Counted from the stretch's first letter, positions 40,584-54,306 are shown. The stretch is 64,000 bases of DNA from Octopus vulgaris (GCA_951406725.2 OX597823.1:109244001-109308000), one strand, 5' to 3'. Notes: generated from the sequence alone by a model not told the origin. Numbers and translations are program-made.

Positions 40584-40797
40584 AGGCAGCGAACTGGTAG
40601 AATCGTTAGCACTCCAGGTGAAATGGTTAGCGGCATTTTTGTCAGTCTTTCCTTTCTTAGTTCAAATTCCGCCGAGGTCGACTTTGCACTGTATCCTCCT
40701 GGGGTCGATAAAATAAGTACCAGTTGAACCCTAGGGTAGTTGTAATCGTCTTACCTCTCTCCCGAAATTTCTGACCTTGTACCAAATTTCAAACCAA
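40584..40797 (+). mobile_element. Old monomeric Deu/Nin-like SINE
   Basis: aggcagcgaactggtagaatcgttagc...gttcaaattccgccgaggtcgactttgc...ggggtcgataaaataagtaccag. Confidence 0.8.
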
Positions 40798-40837
40798 TAT
40801 TTAATATCTAAGCGACCATTCAGATCACTCTGTGAAA

Positions 40838-41392
40838 TGTGATGATTATTTATTCACGTTGGTTTGAATTAACCCTGTTTGAATTAATCCCACGAGGTAG
40901 TTACTTGTATAGTAATGCTTTTATATATGGAAGAGAAATACCGTGGTGAAAACCTGACACCCCTGTGGGATAGCCAGTGAACTGTCCTAAACTTTATAAA
41001 AGCGCATATGTACTGACCGTTCGAGGTACAGTGTGGAGTGTGCAGTCGCATTTGTGAAAGCAGTCGTAGAAGTCGATGAGAAGAGATATAATTTTGTTAC
41101 GTGTTTGTTACTGATTTAGTTTTTGTAGTGTTATGACACTATTACCTTGTAGTCAATATTCAAACTCATGGACATAATAGTGGCGACGAGGATGGGATAA
41201 AATACTTCAAAATCGGTGACAAGGCATTTTTTAAATATACAGAAATGTTATGGAAATTTGGGAAGAAGATATAAGTAAACGCTTAGGAAAAATAGTGTAC
41301 ACTGTAAAAGGTGATACGTGAGAGTCGCATTTGTGAAAGCAGGCGTAGAAGTCGTTGAGAAGAGATATAAGTTTGTTACGTGTTTGTTGCTT
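40838..41392 (+). mobile_element. Internally deleted Gypsy-like LTR retrotransposon (LTR + PBS + integrase tail + partial LTR)
   Basis: LTR about 40838-41179 (tgtgatg...cataata). PBS TGGCGACGAGGATGGGAT at 41181-41198. Then FKIGDKAFFK and WEEDISKRLGKIVYTVKG across a frameshift. About 70 bp of the LTR is repeated at 41323-41392. Confidence 0.8.
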
Positions 41393-42294
41393 AGAAAATT
41401 AATATTTTAAAATTTCACGACGTGAGATATTCAGTAACAGTACTTTGTAGTAAAGATTGTTTGCCAACATAACATGGCAGTCCTGGTTTAGGACGAATGT
41501 TGCTGTAATTTAGCCCCAGGAGACATCGTCGCCAGCTGGCTATACGACACGATCTTATATTTTCGAAAATTTATGTATGTCTTCAGGGTGTGTTTCTGCG
41601 AAATTTGGTATTGCGATCTGATTTTTGTAAGGCTAACAGGTCGACCCTATTAATTAATTTATCTATCAGTTTAGCTTGTTGACTATCACAACAGCTGTAC
41701 GATTGTTACAATGAGTGACGTTGTTTGTTATGAAACTCATAATATTTTCTGGAGTTTAATTGATGAATTCGTCAAGGTTCCTAATTTTCCCCGACGCGAT
41801 AAGAACGTTGCTTTGAACGTTACATAATAACATTGTATAATAACATATATTTTCTCGAATTTGTTCAATTTATTCGCGTACTGCTGTATTTGATGAATCG
41901 GAAAATGTTGGTTCAAATTTTGTGAGTAATTTGTTGGCAGGAAAGCATTTCTTGTCCCTAGTATTGTATTTAGTTTACGTGTACATCTATCGTTGTTTCC
42001 ATCTGTCAATAAGTCATTTGATCTAAACCTATGTCGTTATATCATCGATTATCTTAAGGGGAGATCAAATGTTTAACGTTAAGTAGATATTGATAACAGC
42101 GGGTAAACTGTACTTAGTACTCCTATCTATAAAACTAAGAGAGCCGTATGTTAATTGTGAAGTGAAATGTGTGGGAAGTGGAGGGTTTAATGCCTAACAA
42201 TGTCTAGTTGTTTCATATGGGAGTAAATCTTCAGGCTTGTGTAACATTAAGAATATATATAGAATATATCTTATATAGGGTTTAAGAAATATAT

Positions 42295-42500
42295 TCTTTA
42301 ATTCTTTTACTCATTTCAGTGATTAGCCTGCGGCTACGCGAGATAGAGACTGTGCCATTTTAATCTGTGATATGGCCTTTAAAATAGATTCCGTCTGTCT
42401 AATTCCAATGACTAATTATGTGTAAACATGTTCTGGAATGAGATCGAACCCGGTAGTTCGTGCTTCCCGAGTGAACTACTTAACTATCCAATCATACAGC
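42295..42500 (-). mobile_element. Very old copy of the 16494-type SINE
   Basis: ttcttttactcatttcagtgattagcctgcggc...atcgaacccggtagttcgtgc. Confidence 0.45.
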
Positions 42501-42506
42501 ACCAAC

Positions 42507-43125
42507 AATTGTATTCTAAAACCAACATTTCAAGACATTTTTAGATATATTGATATAAATATATTTTAATAATTGGATATCTTTTCTGTAATAATTCTTG
42601 TGATATTAGTTTAATATCGAAGTTTATGTTTGTATAATGTCAAATAATTTGTGGGCAGGAGTGGTGAGTTTCGCTTTTTCATTTACGATGCTTTCAGACC
42701 CACTTACAGATCCGGACGCGCCACGCATACACATGCGTACACATACAGATATTTATGCATATATATATGTGTGTGTATTTATATATTAGCGTGTATCTGT
42801 ATGTATGTCTATACATGTGTCGAGCGTATAAGTATATGGAAATCACATAGAATTTAAACAGAGATTGTCATCTTTGCAATAGTTTGTGAATCCACAAATA
42901 AAATTAAATAAGAAACATATAATTGTATTGTAAAACCAAAATTTCACGAGAACATTTTTAGATATATAGATATAAATATATTTTAATAATTGGCTATATT
43001 TTATGTAATAATTCAAGCGATATTTCTTCAGCTGTTTTATATTTAAGTTTATGTTTGTATGATGTTGTCAAATAATTTGTGAGCAGGAACGATACTGTTT
43101 TTGTTTTTCATTTATAATTCTTTCA
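42507..43125. repeat. Diverged ~190-200-bp direct repeat (two copies)
   Basis: 42507-42696 and 42921-43125 share aattgtatt.taaaacca, gatataaatatattttaataattgg, aagtttatgtttgtat and gtcaaataatttgtg.gcagga. Confidence 0.8.
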
Positions 43126-43992
43126 TTTAATCTTATTCCTGCTTCTCTGACTAATTCATTTAAATATATATCTATCGATTCATCTAAAATACAAATTCAC
43201 TACCCCCTTGTTCTTCAGCGCTCACCCTCGTCTGTTTCTCATAAAATATAAGTTTCCAGCGATAAAATGTATCTCTCATTATTTCCACTTTCTTCTGATA
43301 CATATCCCAAATTATCTCACGTTATCTCTCTCCCTCTCTCTCGCTCTCCCTCTCTCTCTCTCCCTCTCTCTCTCCCTCCTGCACTGCCTACTGGGGTTGA
43401 AATTTCATATTGATGCCTCCATGCTATATCTATATATGCTTATATGCATACATACATGCATACAAACATACATACGTACAAACATACATACATATATACA
43501 TACGTACAAACAGACACCAAAAACAACACGCTTAGCCTTACACACAATGCAGTATAATATATGTGTGCGAGTGCGTCTGTGTGTCTCTCTGTATCTAATA
43601 TATTTATGTGTGTGCGTGCGTCTATATGTATGAATACACACACATTCACAGACACACACAGAAACACATATACATACATATATATATACGCACAAATACA
43701 TCGACTATATATATGTATGTGTGTGAGTATATATATGCGTACATGTCTTTGTGCAAATATGGAGGCTCTATATATGTCTGTGCATACATACACATGGCTA
43801 TCATTGTATTATCGAGGCCTGTATGTTTATGTATTTCTGAATATTTTGCCATTCTAGTTAGATTGGACCTAGAAATGGTTTCTCTGGAGACTATTTAATT
43901 GAAATCAGTTAAAACCAAATGCACGGAACACATGTAAACGCAGTTATAGATACACACACACACATATATATACGTATATATAAATATAGGTA

Positions 43993-44067
<75 letters not shown>

Positions 44068-44086
44068 GTACATATGTATGTACATA

Positions 44087-44126
<40 letters not shown>

Positions 44127-44190
44127 GAGAGAGAGGGGGGGAGATAGAAAGCGATGGTATTTTTAATAGTACTATCGCTCTCATATTAAT

Positions 44191-44249
<59 letters not shown>

Positions 44250-44523
44250 TGTGTGTGTGTCTGTGTATGGGTGTGTGTGTGTATGTATATATGCACCCTC
44301 ATTCCGGAATTCAACATCACTTTAGAATTATGGCATCAAAAACTATTCATTAAAACGTAAAATGTAATGAGTAATTTTTATCAGTGTTTCCGATTGAGGA
44401 TTTTATCGCAAGTTGAAAGAGATTATGAAATATGTTCGAAAAAGAGAAATACGTATATTCATGCATGTAACTAGTCTGTGTCTATCTATCTATCTATCTA
44501 TCTACCTATCTTTATCAATTTAT

Positions 44524-44568
<45 letters not shown>

Positions 44569-44572
<4 letters not shown>

Positions 44573-44792
44573 TATCATGTGATCTCTTGAGCACCACCAG
44601 CTCAAATATTTTTTCCTCTGTCTTCCCTTCTTGGGATCTTTCCTTCTCCTTGTTTCCGACGAAGAGCTCCGTTCGAAACGTTAAACCCTCCTTCCCTTCT
44701 TTCCTGAGCGTCAATAATACTTTAATTGTTCCACGTCCTGCGTTGCTGTTTTTTTTTTCTCTCTTTTTTTCTGTGTTTTCTTGTTTGGATTA

Positions 44793-44796
<4 letters not shown>
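44569..44796 (+). mobile_element. Penelope-like terminal-repeat island in (TA)n with variant hammerhead (44652-44686)
   Basis: gttt-CCGACGA-a-gagc-tcc-gttc-GAAAC-GTT-aaac, with (TA)n on both sides. Confidence 0.6.
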
Positions 44797-44824
<28 letters not shown>

Positions 44825-44867
44825 GCAATAATAATTCTCTAAATGAGATATAGACAGTAACTGCTCC

Positions 44868-45023
44868 ATAACATAAGGGACTAAAGCCATCTGAATATGG
44901 CTAGGGACAGGGCAGGGTGGTGGGGGTGTTACTGTTGATGTTCGCCTGGGGCTAAATGCAACAGTAACACCCCCACCACCCTGCCCTGTCCCTAGCCATA
45001 TTCAGATGGCTTTAGTCCCTATG

Positions 45024-45027
<4 letters not shown>
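44868..45027. repeat. Fold-back hairpin with perfect 62-bp arms and 21-nt spacer
   Basis: 44876-44937 is the exact reverse complement of 44959-45020. Embedded in (TA)n. Confidence 0.95.
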
Positions 45028-45084
<57 letters not shown>

Positions 45085-45578
45085 TATGTATATATGTATG
45101 TATATATATATGTATGCATGTATGTATGTAAGTATGCATGTATGTATGTATGTATGTACGTACATGTGTATGTGTGTTTGTGTGTTTGTGTGTGCGTGCG
45201 TGTACGTGCGTGCATGTGTGTGTGTTACGATATATGTATACATGTTTGCCTGCATGCTAAAATATGATTATTGTAGCATGCATTTTAAGATATTTTTCTC
45301 TCTTGAATTCTCTTATATAAGTAATATCTGAAAAAGATCTCCATGAAAATGCGGTGATAGAGTTGATCCCTTGTAGTAGTAGTAGTAGTAGTAGTAGTTG
45401 CAGTATTGGTGGTGTTGGTGGTAGCAGTAGTAGGAAGATAAGGTGGAGGGGAATATGTGGTCAAGGGGACATTGGCTAGTACATGAAAGCAGATTGATGA
45501 AATAATTCTAATCGTATGTAAACATAAAACTGAGAGAAATATACTAGTGTGAGTGCATGTGTGTTGTGTACATATTTG

Positions 45579-45630
<52 letters not shown>

Positions 45631-45851
45631 ATATGTATGTATATATATATATATGTACATATGTATATATATATGTACATATATATATATATATATATAT
45701 ATAATATAATATATATATATATATATATACATATGTATATACATATATATATACTCTGACGCGTGTTTGCGTGTCTCTTCCTACATATATAAATAGTCCT
45801 TATAGGTAAATAAGCTTAATTTTATTATACTAACACGACGTATATTCTTCC

Positions 45852-45902
<51 letters not shown>

Positions 45903-45959
45903 TACAAACACATACGTATGTGCGTATATATGTTAAAAAAATAACATGCAAAAGCAGAT

Positions 45960-46101
45960 GCTAAGTCGATAAAAAATCGACCCCAGTGCTGAACTGGTAC
46001 AAACCGGCATCGGCGAACTTTGAACTCAGAATGTAAAGAGAAATAAAATGCTGCTAAATCTTTTCCCTGGAGTGCTAATGACTCTGGCTGATCACCGGCT
46101 T
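45960..46101 (-). mobile_element. Old Deu/Nin-like SINE fragment
   Basis: aagtcgat...atcgaccccagtgctgaactggtac...tttgaactcagaatgtaaag. Confidence 0.65.
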
Positions 46102-46511
46102 ACATTATGCCATTCGCTGAAAGTATTTTTGTATATTATTAAAATTCTGTTGGCTACATACGTACATACTCTTGTTAGATTTGTCTATTTCAACGCCAGA
46201 TACGTCACATTTCAACGAAAATAAATCTTGTAATTCAGACACAATGCTGTTAAATTATCTGTACATTTTTAGAGATATAAAAATAAAAACAAATTTGTAT
46301 TTCGATTAAATATATATATTGCTGTGCAAATATATACACACGTCTATTAAACCAGTGAGCAAGCATACATAGAAAAGTGTTTCTATGTATGTTTAAGTAT
46401 ATCTATCTAGTCATATATGTATATATAAATGTGTGTGTGAATGTATATATATAATGTAATATATATATAATGTAATATATATATAATGTAATATAATATA
46501 AGATATATATA

Positions 46512-47794
46512 TATACAGGTGGTCCTCGATTTATGCACGAATGAACAAAAGATGCTATGACATATGTCAGGACATACGGAAAACCAAATCGTTTTGTCCC
46601 TTTCATCTGCAATCCTAAATGCGAAGAAATAAAATCTAACCTTCTTTCAATGTTGCATCTTCTGGTATTGCAGCTACCCTCTTCAATGGGGGAAGAACTG
46701 CTCATTCCATGTTCAAGGTCCCTCTAACCCTTTCAAAGAAAGAATCTCAAATGTGCAACATTTTCCAAAACTCCGCAATGGCAACAATTCTCCAACAAAC
46801 TTGCCTCATTGTTTGGGATGAATGCACTATGTCACATCGTGGAGCACTAAAGATTCTTGAAGTAGCCTCCAAGACATAAAAAAACAATGGCATGCTCATG
46901 GGAAGAGTAACAGTACTTACAGGAGAGTTTCATTAACCATTGTTAGTTATCCCCGAAGGATCAAAAGCTGATGAGGTCAATGCATGTTTACAGAAATCGT
47001 ACCTTTGGGGCCATGTGAAAAAACTTCATCTTAAAAGCCACATCAGAGAATTTCTACAAGGTGATCATACGAGCTTCTTAAGATTGGTAATGGGATATTA
47101 ACATTCAACTCAAGACTTCAACTACATGAAATTACATGCGGCCAAATGATGCTTTATCTTAGAGATCTTATGGATAAAGTATTTCCTAATTTATCTGTCC
47201 ATTACACTGATGTATTCTGGCTAAGGGAATGAGCTCTACTGGCTCCAACTAATGAAATGGTTGATATACTTCGAAATTTAACCGATACATCAGAAATGAC
47301 TATTCGAATCAATTGACACCAATCGATCAAGATCAGGTTGTTCAATCCTCTGTTGAATTTCTAAACACACTTAAACCCACTGGGATGCCACCGCATAACT
47401 TGACACTAAAACTGGGTGCCCCCATCATGCTACTTAGGAATCTTGACCCATCTCACCTGTGTAATGGGACTCGCTTGCCTATAGACAACAATCATAACAG
47501 GTAGCCACAAAGGAGAAAGTCTTCATTCCAAACATTCCTCTCATACCTACTTATGTTCCGTTTCAATTTAAGACGCTTCAGTTTCCATTTAAACTAAGTC
47601 TTGGTATATCAATTAACAAATCCCAGGGTCAATCCCTCAACGTAGTCGGACTTGATCTCTCTACTACATGCTTCTCTCACGACCAACTCTATGTTGCTTG
47701 CTCGTGAGTTGGAAGCAGCAACAAATTATTCATTTCTACACCAATTCAGAATTACTCCATGATTATTGTTTACCCTGAGATGCTTCAACATTGA
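46512..47794 (+). pseudogene. Internally deleted Helitron Rep/PIF1-helicase pseudogene
   Basis: YTGGPRFMHE*TKDAMTYVRTYGKP..FICNPK (Rep N-part) is joined to VASSGIAATLFNGGRTAHSMFKVPL, LIVWDECTMSHR, GMPPHNLTLKLGAPIMLLRNLDPSHLCNGTRL, QFPFKLSLGISINKSQGQSL, FSHDQLYVACS*V and IVYPE. Confidence 0.92.
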
Positions 47795-48254
47795 CAGATT
47801 TTTCAGTTCGAAATTCTATTATCATTACAATTTGTATATATTAAAATAAAACATAGATATTTTGAAATATTTAGGAGGATAAGTCTTTCCTCACGTGATC
47901 ATATTTATTTTCCTTCAGTCTGTCATACAGACCAGACACATTCTTATCTGTCTCCTATATTTTCTCTTGTCAAAGTCAATATTCCTCCAGCTACCTTACG
48001 TCGTCTGGCCTAACAGCCTTCCATGTTTGTTTTTGTTTGGTTTGTTGCATGTCTCCACTGCCTTTTTTTGTTACCAACGTTGACCCTCCGCAAATTCAAA
48101 ATTTTATTTTGGTTCGCGGGAGCCGACAACTGATGAAGAGTCGTTCTTTATGTTACTTGTCTGGTTTTCCAGTTGTCTCTCTCATTGCTTGCATACCCAA
48201 CTTTTTCTTCTTATTTCATGTTGTTTACGTTTTGTGACGTCCTGTACCCATTTA

Positions 48255-48323
<69 letters not shown>

Positions 48324-48639
48324 ACATATGTATGTACATATATGTATGTATATATGCATATATATTATTTATATTATATATATATATATATCAGAATTTT
48401 CAACTCGAATCAAATATAACAAATTACTCAAATTCCTTCCAAGGGAATCCATATAAATGGAATTAGAATAGGCTGTACAGGTAGCAAGTCATATATTTCG
48501 GAATAATGTATTAAGTGAGGAAGGCCCTGCGTATGGCGTGTATTTCCTACTACATGTTACGCAATGGTTTGAAACGTATGTACAAAATGCTCTCAAAATA
48601 TCGTGACTTCTTCCTACTACATTATCATAATATTCATAG

Positions 48640-49068
48640 ATGCATATGTAACACCAGGCACTGGCTCACATGGATTCTGATCTTAACTATGTGTTATCAT
48701 GCATTTGTTTTTTACTTGGTGTTAAAGATGGGCTACATCAAATATTTTGCTCAATACCACAGATTTTCATGTCATTTGTTTCACCTTAGCCAGTTGAGCA
48801 CGTCCCTTGGTGGTTCACGACATGTGCATCTCTCATCACGGGCAGAAATAGTAGGGGTGCATCATAGCCATATATTGAAAATTCTTTGGGGTTTGAATAA
48901 TTGACATCTAGTAACATGGGTGCTTCGTTCAAAAGCCTTACACAAACCTTATTCAGGGAACTTTTTAGCGGGATAGGCGACTCGATCTGAAGAAAATTCT
49001 GACTGCGCTTTACATGCAAAATCGTGTGCTTTTTATCTTGATATGAGATCACTATGTTGCGCACATAT
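48640..49068 (+). mobile_element. Older copy of a ~550-bp interspersed repeat (inverted relative to 49478-50028)
   Basis: aagatgggctacatcaaatattttgctcaataccacagattt and tttatcttgatatgagatcac match the reverse complement of the downstream copy. Confidence 0.85.
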
Positions 49069-49184
49069 ATTCGTTAATACAGAAAATATCGTCGTCATCA
49101 TCATCATCATCATCATCAGTAGTGGCAGCAGTAGAAGTAGTAATATTAGTAGTAGTAGCAGCCGCAGTAGCAGCAGCAACAACA

Positions 49185-49378
49185 ACGTTTGAAGAACGGA
49201 TGAAGTTGAAGCATGAGAAACGTCTTTGCTCTATTTGCTCCTGATCTTGAAGTTCAAATCCCGCTGCATTCAACTTCACCTTTCGACTCTTCAAAGTCAA
49301 TTAAATAAAGTATCAATGAAGCATTGACGTTGATATAGTCTCCTTAAATTTCAACCTTTGTACCAAAATTAGAATGAA
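49185..49378 (+). mobile_element. Old Deu/Nin-like SINE remnant
   Basis: agttcaaatcccgctgcattcaacttcacctttc...aaatttcaacctttgtaccaaaattagaa. Confidence 0.5.
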
Positions 49379-49422
49379 TTATCATTATCATTATTATCAT
49401 CATCATTATTATTATTATGATG

Positions 49423-49469
<47 letters not shown>

Positions 49470-49477
49470 AATTATTA

Positions 49478-50028
49478 TTGAGAGAGAGCAGTGCATGTTA
49501 TCAAAGTGACACTGGGGTAAAATATACGAAGCCCAGTATACCCATCATGGCTATCCGTCTGATAAGGTTACACCAAGCACATGCATCACAACCATATGTG
49601 CGCGACATGGTGATCTCATATCAAGATAAACAGCACATGACCTTGCAGGTGGGGCCCAGTTAGAATTTTCTTCCGGTCGAGTAACCCATCTTGCTCAGGA
49701 GGTCCCTGAATAAGGGTTATTTAATGATGTTGAACGAAACACCCATGTTTCCAGAGGAGAATTATTCAAACCCCAAAGAATCCCTCTCAATACATGGTTA
49801 TGATACTCACCCACTACTTCTGCTCGTGATCAGAGATGCACATATCGTCAGCCACTAAGGGACATTGTCAACTGGTTATGGTCAAACAACTGACAAGGAA
49901 ATCTGTGTTATTGAGCAGAATATTTGCTGTAGCCCATCTTTTATACCAAGACAAAACAATGTACATAACACTTCCAATCAGTTGACATCAGAAGCCACAA
50001 GATCCACTGCCTGGTACTACATCAGGGC
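49478..50028 (-). mobile_element. ~550-bp non-autonomous retroelement-like repeat embedded in (AAT)n
   Basis: Both ends abut (ATT)n tracts. The orientation is inferred from the tail-like junction ...ctgctctctctc(aat)n. Confidence 0.7.
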
Positions 50029-50757
<729 letters not shown>

Positions 50758-51849
50758 TTGTAACTCGTGCTGAAATGGATGTGTGCTTATCATCGGGTTC
50801 TGGAGCAGACGATTTATAAATCATGTCCGCGTTGCTCCCCTAATGGAAAAAAATGTTTCCCTTCCATTAGCATCGAACAGAGCATTGCAAGGCTACGTAA
50901 CAGTCATTATAGACTGTATTACGTTACAGATGTTTATAATTATACTAATCTGTGGTTGGTAAACGGCATCCCCGGGGTAAATGTCAGACATATGTGTAAC
51001 TCAGGATATAGTAGAAGTACAAATCATTGGACTAGACATTTGCTTCCGTACTGTTTTGTACATCCATACTAAAGAAAGATTTTCTCCAAACACCAGCACG
51101 TTATACGTTTAGCCTTTCTGGTATGACTTCTCTTTTGCTAAGACAGATGTGAAAGCTATATAAACAATCACACGCATAAAAGAGACAAGAGACAGCAAAA
51201 TAAATATATTCAAATCATATCTACTAAATTCTCGTGTAAGTTAGTTTATCACGTAATATTTTGGTAGCGTATAGTTGCTCTGATTTACAGGAAAGAATCT
51301 GCTGCTAACAGTTTTGCAAATATTCAAAAAATAAATCGACTTATTATACATAATGCAATAGGGGGGGGGAGGAAGGAAAAATACATTAAACATTTTGCTA
51401 TTAAGGTTGGTTGCCAGTCGAAATATCAAAGAACAACCGATGTTAGAAATTAAGAAAAGAAAACAACAACAGCCACAAGAACAACAACAGTAGCAACAAT
51501 AATAGCAGTGGCAACACAAACGATGGCAGCCATCATTATAACAACAACAATAACAATATATGCAATAATATTCGCGAAAACAAAAGGAAAAATAGCGAAC
51601 AAAAATCTATTCAACGTAAACGCAAATAAAATAACAAATACAGCCAAAAATGTCACAGAATTCCTGTATGACATTTATTTGATGAGTGGCCGTTGCTATG
51701 TAACAGTACTTATAACAACGGATCGCCGCCATCGACGTTCCATAAAACCTTATAAGAAAGTTACAAGACTTAAAGATTTAGGTCCGGGAAACTACCTCTA
51801 ATGAAGGATATATATTGGTTAGAAAAAATATGATATATGCAATATATAT

Positions 51850-51884
<35 letters not shown>

Positions 51885-52135
51885 CATACATATAAATGTG
51901 TCTGTTTGTATGTTTGTATGTATCTATGTCGGTATGTATATATCTAAATATATACGTGTATATATATATATATATATATATCTACATACATATACATATG
52001 CATTTATATGAGTGGGGGAAGTGATGGTGTATGTGTGTGAGTTGGCAAAAATTCGGAGAAAAGGAAATGGAATGAATGACAATATATATATTTGCCTAAA
52101 TATAATATAATTTATATATCTGTATATATATATAA

Positions 52136-52184
<49 letters not shown>

Positions 52185-52483
52185 CACACTTCTTTTTCTT
52201 CAGTATAATGATATTTTATATATTTTGATGACGTTGCTATGGTCGGTGCAAATATAAAATGGCGAAATATGTAAAATTTACTTATCCTTTCCAGTGATTC
52301 TGTGAATATCTTAGAATATAGCTTTGCACCATTCAAGGAATTCATCTTAGAGACATTGATTTTATGGTCTATGAAGAAAAAAATATATATAAATATAATC
52401 CCACGCACTTCATTTATCAAAAGAAGTTAAAACCTTTAACTTAAGCTTCAAAATGAAAGAGTAGACATACTTTATTATCATTC

Positions 52484-52605
<122 letters not shown>

Positions 52606-52719
52606 CAGATCTTCATCATTATCGTCGTCGTTGATATGGTTGTTGTTGTTGCCGATTCCACATACTATTTATGATGCTGTCCATATGATAGACATACATA
52701 TTTCATGATTATTTAATAA

Positions 52720-53420
52720 AGAAATCGTTGATATTTTCAGTGTTATTACTGTGAAAGATGGAGATGGTGGGTGGTGTCCCTTCGAATTGGGATACAGGAA
52801 GACAGTGGAATGATTGTGGATGACCTCCCTGTGGGGATATGGGACACCACGGAGAACAAATTTGTCACCATCGTCATGCCAGACTTTAGGAGGAAAAATA
52901 GAGTTGAACAACCTGTTTTTTTCGGCAGTTTTGCACCCAAATAGAGAAGGAACTGCTGTCAGTCAGCGTCAGGTGTGGTTGGACTACCAAGATAGTTAAG
53001 ATGCATTGGGCCTTGTGTTAAGCTCAGAAATTTGTTGAAAGTAAAAGGTATTAGTCGTATACATTTTCATTTATATCTTAACACCTGACCAACGTTAATT
53101 TTTCTAGGTTTCCTCTTGTCACAATGAAATATCCGTTTTTCTAATTCTTGTGAAAGATATGCGTTTCACTGGTTAATCGTTGCATATACTTCTAACACTC
53201 TCGGCATTTGAGGTTAAGTAGGAAACTGCTGATTATGTGCAGACAAGCACGAAGCCTGCGATATCTACGGAGAATCCTTAGGCATGAACAAGTTTTGCCA
53301 CCTGTCTTAGGAGCGTTTTTCCAAAGCTCGTCCCATTGAGAGTATTGTAATCCTGAGTCAGATTGGACGCCTGGAATTTTAGATGAAACCATTCAGGAAT
53401 GCTGCTGGAACCTCCATGGA
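52720..53420 (-). pseudogene. Possible CR1/L2-group LINE RT 3' fragment
   Basis: KIPGVQSDSGLQ..WDE..KNAPKTGGKTCSCLRILRR resembles LGVxIDSxLxW..I...KA.K.L..LRR. FNSIFPPKVW resembles SFFPRTxxxWN. Confidence 0.4.
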
Positions 53421-53600
53421 GGAAATTCTGGAAACTATGAGCAATGTCGATGATTAATTATCTACTTTACTTTGGAGGATATTCACCCCCAGTATTTTTG
53501 TATAACTTCCAAACATTCATACGTTAATAATTCGTGCGGAATGCATTGTGGCTTCGAGAAAAATTCCACAGGCACTGAAGTGACGTTCGTTAAAAGAAAA

Positions 53601-54306
53601 CAGATTCATATTTTTCGTTTTTGGATATGGTTTGCAAGATTCTTTACATGAGTTCGTGTGTTGAAGCATATTCTATTGTGTCTGGGGAAAGTCATTTTAT
53701 TTTTGTGCCTTTTTTTATGTATGTAAGCATGAAAATAAACAGATCAACATACAGACGGATAGGTACATAGGCTATAAGAACAGACACATATGGAGACACG
53801 GATCCACACATATAAAGATGTACATCCATGCATGCAAACATGGTACATAGTTGCATAACACACACAGACATGCACACACAAGGAGACAGAGGTGCATACA
53901 TATACAAACATATGCTCACACACACATACATAGAAAATACACAAATAACGGACATGCAAGCACATAAATATGCAGGATACGTACATACAGATGCACACAC
54001 ATACATACATATATATATATATATGCATACACACACATATATACATACACAAGTAAACACACATATACATACATACGTACACGCATTCATGCATAGGCAC
54101 ACACACACTGACCCACACACATGCGCACAAACAAACAAAAAGGAACACAGTGTAAATAACAGACAGAGTCAAAACTATTGAAAAGGTTGCAAGACGAAAC
54201 GAAAATTTTAGGACAATATAAATAAGAAAAAAGTGGAAATTTTACTGGTGAGTGTGTTACATTATAAGGCACAAAAAAAAAAATGACTCTCCCCAGACAC
54301 AACAGA
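53601..54306 (-). mobile_element. Second copy of the 4080-4312 element, with ~460 bp of CA/TA-rich filler
   Basis: 53601-53712 and 54178-54306 match the two halves of 4080-4312 in reverse complement. Confidence 0.75.

Noticed and set aside
41452-41550. HDV-like or twister ribozyme in a hairpin-rich repeat
   Set aside because: Several small hairpins are present, but the spacing cannot accommodate HDV P3/P1.1 or twister P2/P4. No consistent fold was found by eye.
48128-48175. Hammerhead in a PLE-like island (ctgatgaagag...)
   Set aside because: The 3' half of the core (GAAA, stem III) is absent. At most it is a deleted remnant.
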